Below are positions 7,471 through 16,399 of a stretch of 24,102 nucleotides of DNA, piece by piece (within the stretch, counting starts at the first letter, position 1; every line of letters starts with the position of its first letter). The notes beneath the pieces were generated by a model. It saw nothing but the letters and a program-made list of their open reading frames with translations. It had not been told where the DNA came from and did no database searches. The stretch covers positions 1 through 24,102 of the forward strand of contig JBKJWJ010000294.1 of assembly GCA_046716905.1 (NCBI GenBank), in the 5' to 3' direction. Source of the stretch: Gaiellaceae bacterium (GTDB taxonomy: Bacteria > Actinomycetota > Thermoleophilia > Gaiellales > Gaiellaceae). The position numbers and the translations under genes were made by a program.

Positions 7471-8442
7471 CTAGACCGGGACGGGTGTCCGCTCGACCGC
7501 GTCGGCGACGAGCTCGACCGGCCCGAGCCCCGCTGCGCGCGCTTCGGGCCCGAGGATCAAACGGTGGGCCAGCACCGGGCCGGCGACAGCCTTCACGTCG
7601 TCCGGAAGCACGTACTCGCGGCCCTCCATGAGTGCGCGAGCCTTTGCGACTCGCAGGAGCGCGATGCCCGCACGCGGGCTGGCGCCGAGATACAGGCGCT
7701 CGTCGTTCCTCGTGTGGCGGAGGAGCGCGACCACGTACCGGTTTACGCTCTCCTCCACGTAGACGCGCTTGGCGTCGTCGATCGCAGCCACGATCTCCGC
7801 CGTGCTCGACACCGACTCGAGGCTGTCGAGTGGCGGCTCGCTCGTCTGCTCGCTGAGCATCTGCGCCTCCTCGGCAAGCTGCGGATAGCCGATCGAGAGC
7901 ATCATCGTGAAGCGATCGAGCTGCGCCTCGGGCAGCGGGTAGGTGCCCTCGTACTCGATCGGGTTCTGCGTCGCGAGCACCATGAACGGGCGGCCGAGCG
8001 GGTAGCTGTGCCCGTCCACCGTCACCTGGTTCTCCTGCATGCACTCGAGGAGCGCTGCCTGCGTCTTCGGCGAGGCACGGTTGATCTCGTCGACGAGCAG
8101 GAGGTTCGCAAAGACCGGCCCCGGCCGGAACTCGAACTCGTTCGTCCGCTGATCGAAGACATTCACGCCGGTCACGTCCGACGGCAGGAGGTCCGGCGTG
8201 AACTGGATCCGCGAGAACGAGCAGTCCAGAGAGCGCGCGAGCGCCTTGGCGAGCATCGTCTTCCCGACGCCGGGAAAGTCCTCGATGATCAGGTGCCCCT
8301 CGCCGACGAGGGAGATGACGGCGAGGCGGAGCGTCTCGGCCGGCGCGTGGACGACCCGCGCGACGTTCTCGGTCACCCGGGCGAGCGTCTCGCCGGAGAC
8401 TTCGACAGACCTCGGCCGCTCCTCAGTCCGCCGCTCGGCCAC
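7471..8442 (-). CDS. MoxR-family AAA+ ATPase
   Basis: Walker A PGVGKT, RIQFTPDLLPSDVTG, Walker B LLVDEINRA, ATQNPIEYEGTYPLPEAQLDRF, GASPRA; GTG start with SD GGAG. Confidence 0.96.
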   Translation of the reverse strand: MAERRTEERPRSVEVSGETLARVTENVARVVHAPAETLRLAVISLVGEGHLIIEDFPGVGKTMLAKALARSLDCSFSRIQFTPDLLPSDVTGVNVFDQRTNEFEFRPGPVFANLLLVDEINRASPKTQAALLECMQENQVTVDGHSYPLGRPFMVLATQNPIEYEGTYPLPEAQLDRFTMMLSIGYPQLAEEAQMLSEQTSEPPLDSLESVSSTAEIVAAIDDAKRVYVEESVNRYVVALLRHTRNDERLYLGASPRAGIALLRVAKARALMEGREYVLPDDVKAVAGPVLAHRLILGPEARAAGLGPVELVADAVERTPVPV

Positions 8443-9601
8443 CGTTCTCCCCGATCAGGCGCTCGATTTCGTCCCAGATCTCGCCGGCGACCTGCTCCTT
8501 CGGCGCCTTTTGCACCTTTCGCTCCCCTGCCTCAGAAATCAGCACGACCTCGTTGTCAGCCGAATCGAAGCCCACGTCGGATCTGGCCACATCGTTGTAG
8601 ACGACGAGATCGGCATTCTTGCCGGTCCGTTTCGCCCTGGCGCGGGCCAGACCATCCTCCCCGGTCTCTGCTGCGAATCCGACCAGGATCCGGCCGTTTG
8701 CCGACCGGTCGCCGAGGGTTCGCAGGATGTCATCGGTCGGTTCGAGCTCGAGCGGCCAGAGCTGACCGTCCTTCGAGCGCTTCCCGGCCTCGACTTCGGC
8801 TGGGCGGTAGTCGGCCACGGCCGCGGCCATGACGACGACATCCGCGTCCGCTCGCGTGAGCGTCTCCTCGGCGAGGTCTGCCGCGGTCGGAGCCTGGACG
8901 ACGTCGACGCCGGTGGGAGGCTCGATCGTCAGATTCGACGCGATCAGCGTCACCTGGGCGCCCCGCCGGTGGGCCTCCGCGGCGAGAGCGGCGCCCATCC
9001 GGCCCGACGAGCGGTTCCCCACGAAGCGCACGGCGTCGATCGGCTCCCGTGTCCCCCCGGCGGTGACCACCACTCGCTTTCCGCGCAAGGGGCTCGTATT
9101 GGGCTCGTCGAGGAGCGCCATGGCGCGGGCGAAGATGTCCTCGGGCTCGGCCATGCGGCCAATACCCTCCTCGCCCTCCGCGAGTTCCCCCTCGGCGGGG
9201 CCGACCACGTGGACGCCGCGCCCGAGAATTGTCTGGAGGTTGGCCTGGGTCGCCGGGTGGTTCCACATCCGGACGTTCATGGCCGGTGCGATGAGGAGTG
9301 GCCCGTCGTGCGCCAGCGCGGCTTCCGAGACGACGTTGTCGGCGAGGCCGTGGGCGAGCTGTGCGAGCGTGTTCGCCGTCAAAGGAGCGATGACGTAGAG
9401 GTCGGCGTGCTCCAGGTGCGGGTAGAGCTCTGCCGGTTTCTGCCGGGCCAGCGCGTAGAACGTCTCCGCGCGCACAAACCGCTCTGCACCGGGCGAGACG
9501 AGCGGGACGACGTCGTGGCCTGCCCGCACGAACAGCCGCACGAGCTCACACGCCTTGTAGGCGGCGATCCCTCCGGTGACCCCGACCAGGACGCGCGCCA
9601 T
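8423..9601 (-). CDS. coaBC: Bifunctional phosphopantothenoylcysteine decarboxylase/synthetase
   Basis: GVTGGIAAYKA, APLTANTLA, PAMN, VTAGGTREPIDAVRFVGNRSSGRMG, AAAVADY and VGFAAET motifs; follows rpoZ as usual. Confidence 0.96.
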   Translation of the reverse strand: MARVLVGVTGGIAAYKACELVRLFVRAGHDVVPLVSPGAERFVRAETFYALARQKPAELYPHLEHADLYVIAPLTANTLAQLAHGLADNVVSEAALAHDGPLLIAPAMNVRMWNHPATQANLQTILGRGVHVVGPAEGELAEGEEGIGRMAEPEDIFARAMALLDEPNTSPLRGKRVVVTAGGTREPIDAVRFVGNRSSGRMGAALAAEAHRRGAQVTLIASNLTIEPPTGVDVVQAPTAADLAEETLTRADADVVVMAAAVADYRPAEVEAGKRSKDGQLWPLELEPTDDILRTLGDRSANGRILVGFAAETGEDGLARARAKRTGKNADLVVYNDVARSDVGFDSADNEVVLISEAGERKVQKAPKEQVAGEIWDEIERLIGENGGRAAD

Positions 9602-9611
9602 CGGCGGTTAC

Positions 9612-9842
9612 CTACTTCTTGTACTCGTGCTTGATCTTGCCCTCGGCGACTTCTTCGAGGGCGATCGTGAGGTAGTTCTTCGAGCGGGACTCGACGAGCG
9701 GCGGCGGAAAGTCCTCGAACGTGCCCTCACCGAGCTGGTGGTGGTAGTTGTTGATCTGCCGCGCGCGCTTGGCGGCCACGATGACGAGGCCGTAGCGGTC
9801 CGGGACGCTCGCGAGCAACTTGTCGATTCTCGGGTAGATCAC
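9612..9842 (-). CDS. rpoZ: RNA polymerase subunit omega
   Basis: PRIDKLL..RYGLVIVAAKRARQINNY..QLGEG..LTIALEEV; between gmk and coaBC; GTGA overlap with the gmk stop. Confidence 0.95.
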   Translation of the reverse strand: MIYPRIDKLLASVPDRYGLVIVAAKRARQINNYHHQLGEGTFEDFPPPLVESRSKNYLTIALEEVAEGKIKHEYKK

Positions 9843-10435
9843 GCGCTCATCGTAGCTGCCATTCGCTCGCGCACGATCCCCTGCACCTCCTCGGCGGCCC
9901 GTTGGAGGTCGTCGTTGACGATCACGTGGTCGAACTGGTCCGCCTCCCCCAGCTGCTCGCGGGCGAGGGCGAGCCGTTCGCCGATCTCCCCGGAGCTCTC
10001 GGTGTCCCGGGCGCGCAGGCGGCGTTCCAGCTCCTCGAAGGTCGGGGCGGTCACGAAGATCGAAACGGTCTCCGGCACCGTCTTCTGGACGTAGAGCGCG
10101 CCGTCGGTCTCCAGATCGAGGAGCGGCACGCGGCCGTGCTCGCGGATGCGGTCGATCTCCGATCGGAGCGTCCCCGACCGTTGCCCCCAGGGGAAGGTCA
10201 CGTACTCGAGGAAGCCCTTCTCTTCCAGGCGCTGGTCGAACTCCTCGTCGGAGAGGAACCAGTAGTGGATGCCCTCGACCTCACTCGGGCGCCGTCTCCG
10301 TGTCGTGGCCGAGATGGCGAGCTCGAGCTCCGGCATCCAGTCGAGCAGGATGCGCTCGATCGAGCCCTTGCCGGCCCCGGAGGTGCCGGTGACGACGATG
10401 ACCGGAGCGGTGCTGCTAGCGCCGGAAGAGGCCAA
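9839..10435 (-). CDS. gmk: Guanylate kinase
   Basis: P-loop GTSGAGKGS, SATTRRRRPSEVEGIHYWF, APTFEELERRLRAR, FDHVIVNDDL; between mihF and rpoZ. The exact start (TTG 10435) is uncertain. Confidence 0.92.
   Translation of the reverse strand: MASSGASSTAPVIVVTGTSGAGKGSIERILLDWMPELELAISATTRRRRPSEVEGIHYWFLSDEEFDQRLEEKGFLEYVTFPWGQRSGTLRSEIDRIREHGRVPLLDLETDGALYVQKTVPETVSIFVTAPTFEELERRLRARDTESSGEIGERLALAREQLGEADQFDHVIVNDDLQRAAEEVQGIVRERMAATMSA
9849..9854 (-). promoter_or_regulatory. Putative -10 (TACGAT) for a leaderless rpoZ transcript, inside the gmk 3' end
   Basis: TACGAT-gagcgc-GTG: TANNNT 6 nt before the start codon; no SD evident. Confidence 0.55.
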
Positions 10436-10745
10436 TGAGCTCGGCCCGCTGGCGGTCCGAGAGACCGCCCACCGTCTTCGACTGGCTGATCCGCGCCTGC
10501 GTGAGGAAACGCGTTGCCTTCACGCGGCCGAACTTCGGCACGGCCATGAGGATGTCGAACACCTTCGCGGTCGCCACGTACTCGGGCGGCTTCTCGAGGA
10601 TCCTCTCGATGTCGGCAAGGCCATTCTTGAGGTCCCGCTTGAGCTGCGCCCGCTTGACACGAATGTCGTTGGCCCTCTGTAGGGCCTCCATGCGCTGGTC
10701 GCGGGACCTGGCCGGCGCCTGCGCCTGAGTCTTCACGGAGGCCAC
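10416..10745 (-). CDS. mihF: Actinobacterial integration host factor (mIHF, H2TH fold)
   Basis: QRMEALQRANDIRVKRAQLKRDLK...KVFDILMAVPKFGRVKA..ISQSKTVGGL..RQRAEL; conserved position before gmk. Start most likely GTG 10745 (or 10736) rather than TTG 10781. Confidence 0.92.
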   Translation of the reverse strand: MASVKTQAQAPARSRDQRMEALQRANDIRVKRAQLKRDLKNGLADIERILEKPPEYVATAKVFDILMAVPKFGRVKATRFLTQARISQSKTVGGLSDRQRAELIGLFRR

Positions 10746-10753
10746 GGCGCGGG

Positions 10754-10781
10754 ATACTAACAGCTTGTCCAGGGCGATCAA
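10754..10781 (-). promoter_or_regulatory. Putative mihF promoter: TTGATC-N16-TAGTAT with TGn extension
   Basis: -35 TTGATC at 10781-10776 (contains the pyrD TGA stop); -10 TAGTAT at 10759-10754 preceded by TGT; 8 nt before GTG 10745. Confidence 0.6.
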
Positions 10782-11677
10782 TTTGCGAAAAATGCAGGAA
10801 CTTTGGTTGTTGTCAGGTCTGGCGGCAGCGTTGGTGCGTGAGGTTTGTGGGCGAGGCCGCGTGCCTGAAGTGGATCTTCCAGGCCGAAGAGCTCTGCCGA
10901 CTCTTGCAGCTCACGTCTGACGCGGGTGGGAGAGCAGGGGTCGGCGAAGAGAACCGTTCCGAGCGCGACGGAGCTTGCTCCCGCGGCGATGAGCTCGAGT
11001 GCGTCGCGACCGTTCCAGACCCCACCCATGCCGACGATCGGAAGCTCGGTGGCGCGAAAGCACGCATACACCGCGGCGAGCGCGATGGGCTTGAGCGCGG
11101 GACCGGAGTAGCCTCCGACGGCGCGGGCAAGAAGCGGCTGCAGCGTCCGCTCGTCCAGCTCCAGGCCCCGGATCGTGTTCACGAGCGAGAGGCCGTCGGC
11201 CCCGGCCGCCTCGACCGCGCGCGCGACTTCGGCGATGTCCGCCACGGCCGGCGAGAGCTTGGCAAAGAGGCGGAGCGGAGTCGCGGCTCGGCAGGCGGCC
11301 ACGATCTCCGCGGCGGACTCGGGCGCCTCGTCGACATTCGGGCAGGACAGGTTCAGCTCGATCGTGACGTCGGCGAGCTGCGCGCAGGTCTCCGCGTACT
11401 CGTGCGCGGCAAAGCCTCCGACGGAGATCCAGAGGGGAACGCCGAGCTCGCGAAGCTCTGGGAGGACCTCGGCGAGGAATCGTTTTCGGCCAGGGTTTTG
11501 AAGCCCGATCGAGTTGAGCATCCCGTGGTTGGTCTCGGCGATTCGCACGGGGTCGTTGCCGCCCCGCGGCTCGGGTGTGACCGTCTTCGAAACGAATGCG
11601 TCGAGCGACCGGGCCACCTCGGGAGCGGTGAGCCCGTCGAGGCATCCGGACGCGTTAAGCAGCAGCGTCTGCTGCAA
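10778..11677 (-). CDS. pyrD: Dihydroorotate dehydrogenase, catalytic subunit (family 1B)
   Basis: NASG, KTVT, NSIGLQNPG, ELNLSCPNV, AKLSP, VNT, SGPALKP and GMGG motifs. Start inferred at TTG 11677, 9 nt after GGAGG, overlapping the pyrK end. Confidence 0.93.
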   Translation of the reverse strand: MQQTLLLNASGCLDGLTAPEVARSLDAFVSKTVTPEPRGGNDPVRIAETNHGMLNSIGLQNPGRKRFLAEVLPELRELGVPLWISVGGFAAHEYAETCAQLADVTIELNLSCPNVDEAPESAAEIVAACRAATPLRLFAKLSPAVADIAEVARAVEAAGADGLSLVNTIRGLELDERTLQPLLARAVGGYSGPALKPIALAAVYACFRATELPIVGMGGVWNGRDALELIAAGASSVALGTVLFADPCSPTRVRRELQESAELFGLEDPLQARGLAHKPHAPTLPPDLTTTKVPAFFAN

Positions 11678-12326
11678 GGACGGGTCCCTCCACGCACAGG
11701 CGCTTGTGCTCGCCGTCGATGTCGACCACGCAGCCGTAGCAGGCTCCGTAGCCGCAGGCCATGGGAGCCTCCCAGGCGAGCTGCGCGTTCGGTGCAAGTG
11801 CGCGGACGGCTTCCAGCATGGGCTCCGGACCGCAGGCGAGCACGTCGTAGCCGGTCTCCAGGAGCTCGGTGACCCGGGTCGGCTCGACCACCACCTGCGC
11901 GTTCGGAACCAGCGCCGCCGCCTCTGCGTGACGCTCAGTGCGGAAGCCGAGGATCGCCGGGGGGCTGCCAAGTGCCTCCGACAGGTAGGGGAAGGGCGCG
12001 ACCCCGATTCCGCCGCCCACGAGCAGTGGGCGCCCGACGTCCAGGCGGAAGCCGTTTCCGAGCGGGCCCAGAATGTGGAGCCCGTCGTCGGGCTCGAGTG
12101 CCGCGAGTGCGCGTGTTCCGTGGCCGATGGGCTCGAAGAGGAACCCGAGCTCGCCCGGAGGTGCCAGGCAAAGGCTCATCGGCCTCGGGAGGACACGCCC
12201 GGGCGCCTCGAGCATGAAGAACTGTCCCGGGATCCCCGGATTCGTCGAGCCGCGCGCCACGCGTAGGAGCCTGTAGGGCCCGATCAGCTCGTTCGCGACG
12301 ACGTTATGCAGGGCGCGCCAGGGCAT
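11655..12326 (-). CDS. pyrK: Dihydroorotate dehydrogenase electron transfer subunit
   Basis: PGQFFML..RPMSL (FAD), [22 protein letters not shown] and the 2Fe-2S motif [19 protein letters not shown]; SD AGGAGAGG. Confidence 0.93.
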   Translation of the reverse strand: MPWRALHNVVANELIGPYRLLRVARGSTNPGIPGQFFMLEAPGRVLPRPMSLCLAPPGELGFLFEPIGHGTRALAALEPDDGLHILGPLGNGFRLDVGRPLLVGGGIGVAPFPYLSEALGSPPAILGFRTERHAEAAALVPNAQVVVEPTRVTELLETGYDVLACGPEPMLEAVRALAPNAQLAWEAPMACGYGACYGCVVDIDGEHKRLCVEGPVLAADAAA

Positions 12327-15300
12327 CGATCCTCTCCTGCAGCGACATGATGGCCTCGCCGCGCGCGTGCGCGATGGCGTGCACTGCGGCGGCGGCCCCG
12401 GTCAGCGTCGTGATGCACGGGATCCTGGCGACGAGGGCCGCGTCGCGAATCCGATACCCGTCCGAGCGCGCCCCTCGTCCCTGGGGCGTGTTGATCACGA
12501 GGTCGCAGCGCCCGCGCCGCAGGAGGTCGACGACGGTCGCGCCCTCCCCGCGCTCGGTCACTTTCCGCACGTGGTCGACTGCGAGCCCCGCCCTGGCGAG
12601 CGCCCGTGCCGTCCCGCTCGTCGCGGTCAGCGTGAAGCCGAGGTCGGCGAGAGCGGCGGCGACCGGGACGACGGCGTCCTTGTCTCCGTCGCAGACCGAG
12701 AGGAACGCCGTGCCCGACGAGGGCAACGGCCGCCCGGCGGCGCGCTCGGCCTTGGCAAGTGCCGTCGGATAGTCGGCCGCGCTCGCCATGACCTCGCCCG
12801 TCGAGCGCATCTCGGGGCCGAGCACCGGGTCGGAACCGGGAAAACGCTGAAACGGAAAGACGGCTGCCTTGACGCTCACCTGTGACGGAATCTCGACCTT
12901 TTCGAGAGCGAGCTCTGCCAGCTTCGCGCCGGCGGCCAGCCGGCAGGCGGCCTGCACGAGGTTGATCCCGATCGCCTTGCTCGCGAACGGCACGGTGCGG
13001 GAGGCGCGCGGATTCGCTTCGATCACCGAGACTCTCCCGTCGAGCACTGCGAGCTGGACGTTCACGAGCCCGACGACGCCGAGGGACGGCGCCAGCATCG
13101 AGACGACCTCTTCGATCTCCGAGCGCACGCGTTCGTCCAGACCCTGCGGCGGGAGGACGCAGCTCGAGTCCCCGGAGTGGACGCCGGCCTCCTCGACGTG
13201 TTGCATCACCGCGGCCACGAACGTCTCCTGGCCGTCGCACAACGCGTCGACGTCGATCTCGAGCGCGCCTTCGAGGAAACGGTCGACGAGGACTCGCGAA
13301 CCGACCGGAACGCTCGAGGCCACGGTCTCCGCGTCGTAGCAGACCGCCATCTGGCGGCCACCCAGGACGTAGGAAGGGCGTACGAGCACCGGGTAGCCGA
13401 TCCTCTCTGCGACATCGATGGCCTCGGCCTGGTCGCTCGCCATCCCCCACGCCGGAACCTCGATCCCGAGGTCGTGGCAAAGGGCCCCGAACCGCTCGCG
13501 GTCCTCGGCAAGATCGACGGCGTCGAACGGCGTGCCGAGGATCTTGTAGCCGGCGTCCTCGATCGCGCGCGCCAGCTTGAGCGGCGTCTGTCCGCCGAAC
13601 TGGATGACGACGCCGGCGGGCTGCTCCCGCTCACACACGGCGAGCACCTCCTCGGCGCCGAGTGGCTCGAAGTACAGGCGGTCGGAGGTGTCGTAGTCCG
13701 TCGAGACGGTCTCGGGGTTGCAGTTGACCATGACGGTCTCGAACCCGAGCTCCCGGAAGCTCTGTGCCGCGTGGACGCAGCAGTAGTCGAACTCGATTCC
13801 CTGGCCGATGCGGTTCGGTCCCGAGCCGATGATGACGACGCTCGGCCGGCTCGTAAAAGCGGGTTCGTCGGCTTCTCCCCAGGTCGAATAGAAGTAGGTC
13901 GAAGCGGCTTGCACCTCGCCGGCGCAGGAGTCGACGCGCCTGTAGACCGGCCGAACGCCCCAACTGCGCCGCCTGCTCCGCACCTCGACCTCGGTCGTGC
14001 CGCAGTGCTCGGCGATCGCACCGTCGGACCACCCAGCCCGCTTGACGCGGATCCAGTCGTCTGCGACCAGAGAATCGAGGCTGCCGATCCCGGCGAGCGT
14101 CTGACGGGCCCGCTCGAGCTCGGTCTCGAACCAGGGGTGGAGATTCCGCGGCTCCCAGGCATCGTCGAGCTCGCGAGAGCGCTGCGCCTTCAGGAAGGCC
14201 TCGGAGAAGCTGCGCCCGATGCCCATCGCCTCTCCGACAGACTTCATCTGGGTGCCCAGCGTCCGGTCGGCGCCCGGGAACTTCTCGAAGGAAAAGCGCG
14301 GGAACTTGACGACCACATAGTCGAGCGTCGGCTCGAAGCTCGCCGGAGTCGTCCCCGTCAGGTCGTTCGGGATCTCGTCGAGCGTGTAGCCGACCGCGAG
14401 CTTCGCGGCGACCTTCGCGATCGGATAGCCCGTCGCCTTCGATGCGAGCGCCGATGAGCGGGAAACTCGCGGGTTCATCTCGATCACGCGGAGGGCGCCG
14501 GTCTCGCGATCCCGGGCGAACTGGATGTTCGCGCCACCGGTCTCGACTCCAACGGCCCTCACGATCGCGGCGGCCGCGTCCCGAAGCTCCTGGTACGCCT
14601 CGTCGGACAGCGTCATCTGCGGGGCGACCGTGACCGAGTCGCCCGTGTGCACGCCCATCGGATCGAGGTTCTCGATCGAGCAGACGATGACGACGTTGTC
14701 GTTCGTGTCGCGCATGACCTCGAGCTCGAACTCGTCCCAGCCGATCAACGACTCTTCGACCAGCACCTGGCCGACCGGGCTCTCGGCGAGGCCTCGCTCG
14801 ACCAGCGTGACGAGCTCGTCCTCCGAGTGGGCGGTTCCGCCGCCGTGGCCGCCCAGGGTGAAGGCCGGCCGGAGGATGACCGGGAAGGTGAGCTCGCGCG
14901 GGACGTCCTCCCAGCTGGTGACCACGGTCGAGGCCGGGGTCCGGTAGCCGGCCAGCCGAACCGTCTCGCGGAAGAGCCCGCGATCCTCGGCGCAGCGGAT
15001 GACGTCGAGACCCGCGCCGATCAGCTCCACGCCGAGGTCTTCGAGGACCCCCGCCTCGGCCAGCTCGAGCGCGAGGTTCAGCGCGGTCTGGCCGCCGAGC
15101 GTCGGCAGCAGCGCGTCGGGCCGCTCCCGCTTCAAGACGCCGGTGACGCCTTCGAGGTCGAGCGGCTCGACATAGGTCCGGTCGGCGAATCCCGGGTCGG
15201 TCATGATCGTCGCGGGATTCGAGTTGACGACGATCGTTCGGAAGCCGTCCTCGCGGAGCACCTTCAAAGCCTGGCAGCCCGAGTAGTCGAACTCGCAGGC

Positions 15301-15366
15301 CTGCCCGATCACGATCGGCCCCGAGCCGATCATGCAGATCGACGAGAGATCAGGCCGCCTTGGCAA
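12304..15366 (-). CDS. carB: Carbamoyl-phosphate synthase large subunit
   Basis: [78 protein letters not shown]-terminal MGS domain; 1020 aa. Confidence 0.98.
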   Translation of the reverse strand: MPRRPDLSSICMIGSGPIVIGQACEFDYSGCQALKVLREDGFRTIVVNSNPATIMTDPGFADRTYVEPLDLEGVTGVLKRERPDALLPTLGGQTALNLALELAEAGVLEDLGVELIGAGLDVIRCAEDRGLFRETVRLAGYRTPASTVVTSWEDVPRELTFPVILRPAFTLGGHGGGTAHSEDELVTLVERGLAESPVGQVLVEESLIGWDEFELEVMRDTNDNVVIVCSIENLDPMGVHTGDSVTVAPQMTLSDEAYQELRDAAAAIVRAVGVETGGANIQFARDRETGALRVIEMNPRVSRSSALASKATGYPIAKVAAKLAVGYTLDEIPNDLTGTTPASFEPTLDYVVVKFPRFSFEKFPGADRTLGTQMKSVGEAMGIGRSFSEAFLKAQRSRELDDAWEPRNLHPWFETELERARQTLAGIGSLDSLVADDWIRVKRAGWSDGAIAEHCGTTEVEVRSRRRSWGVRPVYRRVDSCAGEVQAASTYFYSTWGEADEPAFTSRPSVVIIGSGPNRIGQGIEFDYCCVHAAQSFRELGFETVMVNCNPETVSTDYDTSDRLYFEPLGAEEVLAVCEREQPAGVVIQFGGQTPLKLARAIEDAGYKILGTPFDAVDLAEDRERFGALCHDLGIEVPAWGMASDQAEAIDVAERIGYPVLVRPSYVLGGRQMAVCYDAETVASSVPVGSRVLVDRFLEGALEIDVDALCDGQETFVAAVMQHVEEAGVHSGDSSCVLPPQGLDERVRSEIEEVVSMLAPSLGVVGLVNVQLAVLDGRVSVIEANPRASRTVPFASKAIGINLVQAACRLAAGAKLAELALEKVEIPSQVSVKAAVFPFQRFPGSDPVLGPEMRSTGEVMASAADYPTALAKAERAAGRPLPSSGTAFLSVCDGDKDAVVPVAAALADLGFTLTATSGTARALARAGLAVDHVRKVTERGEGATVVDLLRRGRCDLVINTPQGRGARSDGYRIRDAALVARIPCITTLTGAAAAVHAIAHARGEAIMSLQERIDALARPA

Positions 15367-16399
15367 GGCCCGCGCACACCTCCTCTACCCAGTTCTCGAG
15401 CAGCGGCCAGGCATCGTGCGGACCAGGCCCGGCCTCGGGATGGAACTGCACCGAGCGAGCACCGAGCTCCGGAAAGTCCAGGCCCTCGACGGTTCCGTCG
15501 TACAGGGAGACATAGGTTGCCTCCCGGCCGGCCGACGGCTTGACCGCAAACCCGTGGTTCTGGGCGGTCACGAGCACCCGTCCGGTCGACTTCTCGAGCA
15601 CCGGATGGTTGGCGCCTCGATGGCCGAAGGGCAGCTTGAAGGTCTCGTGGCCGGTTGCGAGGGCGAGGAGTTGGTGGCCGAGGCAGATCCCGAAGACGGG
15701 CACCCGGCCGAGCAGTCCCCTCACGGTCTCCACCTGCGCCGCGAGCGGCTCGGGGTCGCCGGGGCCGTTGGAGAGGACGACTCCGTCGAAGTGACGGAGA
15801 TCGTCCGCCTTGGTCGTGGCCGGAAAGACCGTGACCCCTGCTCCTGCCTTCGCCAGCCGCCGCAGGATCGACCGTTTGCAGCCATAGTCGACGACCGCAA
15901 TTCGGGTCCGGCCACGGGCTTCGAACTCGAACGGCTCGCGGCAAGACACAGCGGTGGCGAGCGGCCGTCCGCTCATTGCCGGCTGCTCCCGGACTGCGCG
16001 CAACGCCTCTTCCACGGATCCGTCTCCCGCAACGATGGCCCCCCGCATCGCACCGGCGTCCCGAAGCGAGAGGACGAGCGAGCGCGTGTCGATGCCGGTG
16101 AGCGCCGGCACACCGCGGTCGTGCAGCCAGTCCGTCCAACCGGGGCCGCGCGCCTCCCGCATCAGCACGCCTCTCGCATGCACGCGGCCCGACTCGGATC
16201 GCCCGGGATCGACTCCGTAGTTACCGACCATCGGTGCGGTGAAGCAGACGATCTGCTCGGCGAAGCTCGGGTCCGTGACGATCTCCTGGTAGCCGGTCAT
16301 CGCCGTGGTGAAGACCGCCTCGCCGAAGGCGAAGGTCGGTGCCCCGACAGACTCGCCGCGGAAAACCGAGCCGTCCTCGAGGACGAGGAAGCCGGTCAT
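15350..16399 (-). CDS. carA: Carbamoyl-phosphate synthase small subunit
   Basis: ATG 16399 ([14 protein letters not shown] overlap with pyrC); [39 protein letters not shown]. Confidence 0.97.
   Translation of the reverse strand: MTGFLVLEDGSVFRGESVGAPTFAFGEAVFTTAMTGYQEIVTDPSFAEQIVCFTAPMVGNYGVDPGRSESGRVHARGVLMREARGPGWTDWLHDRGVPALTGIDTRSLVLSLRDAGAMRGAIVAGDGSVEEALRAVREQPAMSGRPLATAVSCREPFEFEARGRTRIAVVDYGCKRSILRRLAKAGAGVTVFPATTKADDLRHFDGVVLSNGPGDPEPLAAQVETVRGLLGRVPVFGICLGHQLLALATGHETFKLPFGHRGANHPVLEKSTGRVLVTAQNHGFAVKPSAGREATYVSLYDGTVEGLDFPELGARSVQFHPEAGPGPHDAWPLLENWVEEVCAGLAKAA

Noticed and set aside
11678-11971. N-terminal extensions in the ORF track (pyrD to 11971; also dtd to 3734, TGase to 6351, DUF58 to 8044, mihF to 10781, carA to 16471, phosphoesterase to 22170, methyltransferase to 20272)
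   Set aside because: They overlap upstream genes extensively and translate to low-complexity Arg/Pro/Ser sequence; better starts exist at the gene junctions.
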